The notes below the pieces were generated by a model. The model searched no databases and was not told where the DNA came from. It saw only the letters and a program-made list of their open reading frames with translations. DNA of 64,000 nt, from assembly GCA_002189035.1 (NCBI GenBank), contig NEEC01000018.1, forward strand, positions 1,860,001 through 1,924,000. The letters are read 5' to 3'. Source of the stretch: Utricularia gibba (taxonomy: Eukaryota; Plantae; Magnoliophyta). Position numbers and translations under genes: made by a program. Shown in pieces: positions 63,057 through 64,000 of this stretch; within the stretch, counting starts at the first letter, position 1; each line of letters opens with the position of its first letter.

Positions 63057-64000
63057 TCACATACCAGTTTGATCATTGCGTCGTTGGAGGAACAGTCGCA
63101 CTTCATGCACAGCCAACCGGAATAAAACCAGAGCAGAAATCAATGCACAAAAAGCCAGCATATAGAAAACGAAGCGCCACCCTTTCGAAGAAAGAAAGCC
63201 TGTCAGCAGAGGACCAAGAGCAGCTCCCAGGGACCCTGTTCCATCTATGATGGCTGTCACCGTCGCTAAAGCTCGTGCGTTGCCTCTCAAGGACTCATGG
63301 GTGCCGAGATCTGTGGCCACCGCAGTGGTGATCAGCGCATAGGGCCCGTTTACGAGCAGACCGGTGATCAACATGAGGGCGATGTTCATTGCTTTGGATG
63401 CACTGCCGAATCTTTGGTATAGAATCATGGATGGGATTGATACGTATAAGAAGGCTGATGCCGTGGCTGCTCTCGCGCCAAGCTTGTCGGAAATGTAGCC
63501 TGCTAAAACACCGCCCATTACTCCGCCGACGTCGAAGAGGACAGATAGATCTCCGGCCATTGTCACAGACATGTGCTCCCCCTCGATAACTGAGATAGTA
63601 GAATGCATTTTCAGATGAGCCACAGAGGCTAGTGGGCTTTTTGCAAAAAAACTTACCAATTTGGCTGAGGTAGAATGGCAACCAATAGAGGAATGTGTAA
63701 GCAACAAGTTTGGCGAAAAAGAGAGATGCTGCAAATGGGATAACTCCAGGAATGGTGCAAGCTGCAAAGAGTCCAATCCCTGTTCTTGTCACGTTACTTT
63801 CTACTGATTCAGTACTAAGTAGAGCTTCTTTCTCAGCAAGTCTATGGACTTCCTCATCAGAATGCAGAGAATTTTGCCTACTAAACCTGATGTCCTCCGG
63901 AGAAGCCGGTAGTAGCAGGAACACGATAACCCCCGTGGCGATTATGAAGGCACCAGGTAGAATAAAAGACCAACCCCAACCAAGCTCCAAAACACTGGCA
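63057..64000 (-). CDS. Glycerol-3-phosphate/phosphate permease (MFS, G3Pp/GlpT family), 3' part; 5' end outside the window
   Basis: GWGWSFILPG, IPGVIPFAASLFFAKLVAYTFLYWLPFYL, FDVGGVMGGVLAGYISD, NGPYALITTAV and AIIDGTGSLGAALGPLLTG. Intron at 63656-63590. Confidence 0.93.

Overview
Gene-dense eudicot nuclear DNA. Taxon and genome compactness are inferred from short introns, AT-rich spacers and protein similarity recalled from memory; no database search was run. I can model about 20 protein-coding genes: SRP54, an alpha/beta-hydrolase, an acyl-protein thioesterase, a stand-alone ZnF-UBP protein, a Nudix hydrolase, TRS33/TRAPPC6, a CIB/BEE-type bHLH, a GT47 galactosyltransferase, PRMT7, a frameshifted hybrid proline-rich protein, an IDD-tail-only protein, EXO70B, a UMAMIT/WAT1 transporter, a matrix metalloproteinase, PSD1, a 51-aa membrane microprotein, an Agenet/SWO1-like protein, MSH4, an uncharacterised repeat protein and the 3' part of a glycerol-3-phosphate transporter. 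There is also one MIR396 hairpin. I found no tRNA, rRNA, CRISPR array or recognisable transposon. Main observations: (i) three single-base deletions, all in C/G runs (one frameshifting MSH4, two in the HyPRP gene), which mean either assembly error or real gene loss; (ii) an uncharacterised, probably disordered protein directly upstream of MSH4 with a duplicated DIGKWF module and a C-terminal PIP-box-like motif; (iii) two domain-only proteins (HDAC6-type ZnF-UBP; IDD coiled-coil tail) that may act as adaptors or microProteins; (iv) three GC-AG introns; (v) a decayed tandem copy of the MMP C-terminal tail; (vi) several unexplained promoter-like or ORF islands.
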